DNA from: Neoechinorhynchus agilis
Lineage: Eukaryota > Animalia > Acanthocephala
Assembly (NCBI GenBank): GCA_051530055.1
Contig: JBMGUZ010000009.1
Coordinates: forward strand, 5,307 to 69,306
Length of the DNA: 64,000 nucleotides
Reading direction: 5' to 3'
Below, in pieces: positions 61,110 to 64,000 of this stretch. Position 1 is the first letter of the stretch; the number at the start of each line of letters is the position of its first letter. A program made the position numbers and the translations under genes. The notes beneath the pieces were generated by a model, which made no database searches, was not told the DNA's origin, and saw only the letters and a list, made by a program, of their open reading frames with translations.

Positions 61110-63910
61110 GAGATGGGGATTCATCACCTTAATATTGTCTGCCCACAACTCTTTCCCAAATCCTTTTTTCCTTCCCCGGACACCCTTCAACGCATCCCCA
61201 ACAAAAACTCTAATAACTCCCGTCCTCGTCAACTCAAAATCACTTTTCGTCTACCAAACACCGTCAATTCCTCCCTGCCATATCGAATATACCCAAACCG
61301 CTCACTTCAAACTGTGAACTCCATAGAGCATTCCCGTATGCATAACCGTCTTCTCTCCCCTTCCACTAATTTATCACAAGCCAAAACATAATCTCAGAAC
61401 TCTCATGTAAATTTTCTGATACCTCCGAAAATCCCCACTCTACGTTGGCAAAATCAAACATTGCCACTCACTCAAAAACCGCTCAAAAACGTATCCACCC
61501 AACTCTTTCACCAGTCAACTCCCGCAAACTACATCCCCCTTCAAACTCTTTCAAACAACCATTTCCCTCCTTTCTTTTCACTAACATAAGAAGTCTGTCA
61601 CCTAAACTGGATCGTCCTTCGCTATTAGCCTCCACCACTAACGCAGACATTTTGGTCATTGTGGAAACGTGGCTGCAATCCCCCAATTCCGACATCGCCT
61701 TGATCCCTGACTAAACGCCTTTCCACTCTTACAGAGACGAATGCGTAGGAAGTGAAGTCTCCATTTTCATCCGGTCTGACCTCCCTTACTCCCTCCCCCT
61801 CAACTCCTTAACAATCCCCATACTTAGTGTACATCTACATAACGCTCTCGCTCAAACTTCACTCAGGCAGCCGAAATTCGACCCTCCCTCAGTCAATCTA
61901 CAAATGGCATCACAGGATATTGATGCACTCATAGCAAATCTTCACTCTCTTGGTCTTGAACATCTAACCATTCTTGGTGATTTCAATAATCTTCCTACAT
62001 CACTATCTCTTCTTGACTACGTACAATTAGTAAAATTTCCTACCCGCCACAACTCACATCTCGATAAAATCTTTACTAACATCCACAAATACAAGAGTGC
62101 TAAAAAAACTACCTCCAATTTCATCCACAGATCATTGCGCAATAATCCTCTCTCCCTCCGCTCCTCCTCAACGTAACCGGTCATCCCCCTTTACGGTCTG
62201 GGATAAGAGAGATCAACACATATTCGCATTTACCAAATTGGTCTCGCGTAATCTCTCTTCACACAAAAAATCTATTTTTCACCTCAATCCCTCGAATGCT
62301 ATGCTTTCTCCCACGAACATTCCTCCTGTACGACTACAGATATTCCTAGGAAAACCGCCCGCCTTTCAAACCGAGACCCACCTTGGATGATCCCTTTCTT
62401 GAAAATGCTCCAAATAAAGGCAATTAAAGCATACCACGCATGCAACCCTGATTTCCCCCGCCTTCAATTCTCTCTTGCTCATCACATTCTCAACTCGCGC
62501 AAGACCTTTCTTGCACATAAACTCGCCTAATATTCCATTCACCTATGGTGGGAAAACACGAAAATCTTTCTCCAGCCTCTCAAACTCGGACCTTTTTGCT
62601 ATACTAAACTCTATCAATGAGTAACTTTGTGACTTCCTGAATCTGCCATTATCAACTGGGCTCTTCGCTTTATCATCCCAGATTTAATTGATCCTCTTAC
62701 CCATATAACCTCGGGTAACCCTGCTCCCGAAAACAGGTAAACGTATATTCCTCCTAAGTTTTCGACCCATTTCTATCTTACCTTTCTTCTTTAAAGTCTT
62801 TGAGAGATGCTTTGAAGCACACCTTCTGCCAATCTTCAACCGAAAAATTTCATCCATTCAATTAGGTTTCCGGGTGTACGGACGCCCTTCTTTGCATCTA
62901 CGATTCTCTTCTTCATAATCTCGACCCACGCCCCTTATTTATCTCTCGACTCACCCAAATCGACATTTATAAAGCTTTTGATTCCGTCGATCACAATCTT
63001 CTCCTTGACACATGCTCTAAATTTGGTCTTGCCGCCTGGAAAATCAAATGGTTTAAATCCTTCTTAAACAATAGATTACAATTTACCGAAATAGGGAGCA
63101 TCGTCTCGAACACCTTAGCAATTAACAATAAAGTCCCCCAAGGAGCTGCTCTCTCCCCCATTCTTTTCAACATTTTCCTCAATGATCTTATTCCATCATC
63201 TTCTAATTCTGAATACTTCTTTTTATGCTGAAGATCTCACAATCATTACGCATGCACTTACTTCTAACGAGATTTCTCACGTTCAAGCATTTTGCTCCTC
63301 TAAATGTCTTACCCTTAACCAAGTGCTTCGAAATCGTACCCTCGAGCTCAAATCACCCTTTCGATCAAGCACTTTTTCCTTTTCCTACCAACCATGGCTC
63401 CCCTGTTCGTATCCTTGGTCTTCATTTTCAGGAAAATCTAAAGTAGGACAAACACACATCAACTTGTTGCTCGAAGGGTCTATTAAATTCTATCTTCTTA
63501 AACGTCCCGATTCCTTGGATTATCATCCAAAGACCTCAAGTACTTTTATAACATCGCCATCCAACCAACGCTCGCCTACGCGCATATCCAACATTCTGCA
63601 AGTTTTCTTGTAAACTATTCAAAAAACTTAATACATTTCACAAGAGGTGCGTTCTAATCTGCTCCCAGAAAAACACGTTTTTCTAATCTTTTAAAAGCAC
63701 TCAAAGTGCATTCAATCTCTTCCGATTCAATTTCTACCACAGATTTCTCCCTTTACTCACAATTACAACACTCGCGTCGCCCCAACATTTTCCATCTTTC
63801 AGTCCCTCGCACAAATCTCTACCTCCGTTTTTTCTTCCCCACTGTTCAATCCCCCAAATGCGAATTGATTTGGAGGAAAGAACAGAAACAGCAACTAACA
63901 ACAAACCAAT
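61110..63910 (+). mobile_element. L2/CR1-like LINE (inverted-duplication copy)
   Basis: Same ORFs as 17256-19734; the 3' end beyond 63657 diverges from the left copy. Confidence 0.85.
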
Positions 63911-64000
63911 CAAAATTAAATAAATCTTCCATCATAAAGGTTAACTGATTTATTGAGTAAATAATAATTAATTTTGGTTAATTTGGAGCTAATGAAAGGT

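Larger units (their letters stand above)
55081..63657. repeat. Right arm of the large inverted duplication
   Basis: Reverse complement of 17212-26474; lacks 19750-20833 and has one extra satellite unit. Confidence 0.95.

Overview
This is eukaryotic (animal, probably a small-genome invertebrate) AT-rich DNA. I found no rRNA, tRNA or CRISPR array. Host genes have very short introns, mostly 42-55 nt, so the ORF track misses several of them. Genes reconstructed by hand: a divergent forkhead factor, PTRHD1 (3 copies), an ML/NPC2-like secreted protein (3 copies), a Fringe-like glycosyltransferase, a claudin/PMP22-like tetraspan protein, an EF-hand SCP/calexcitin-like protein, GTP cyclohydrolase I (7 exons) and a secreted six-Kunitz-domain inhibitor (7 exons). 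About half the window is decayed or nested retroelements: L2/CR1-like, L1/Tx1-like, RTE-like, CRE-like, Penelope-like and Gypsy. A near-identical inverted duplication of about 9 kb (17212-26474 vs 55081-63657) carries a 395-bp satellite and the PTRHD1+NPC2 cassette; a third, direct copy of the cassette lies at about 2.9-5.2 kb. The best novelty candidates are an intact 564-aa ORF that fuses an unrecognised ~480-aa domain to a Gag zinc knuckle, and a 182-bp palindrome with a hammerhead-ribozyme core flanked by a 16-bp direct repeat.
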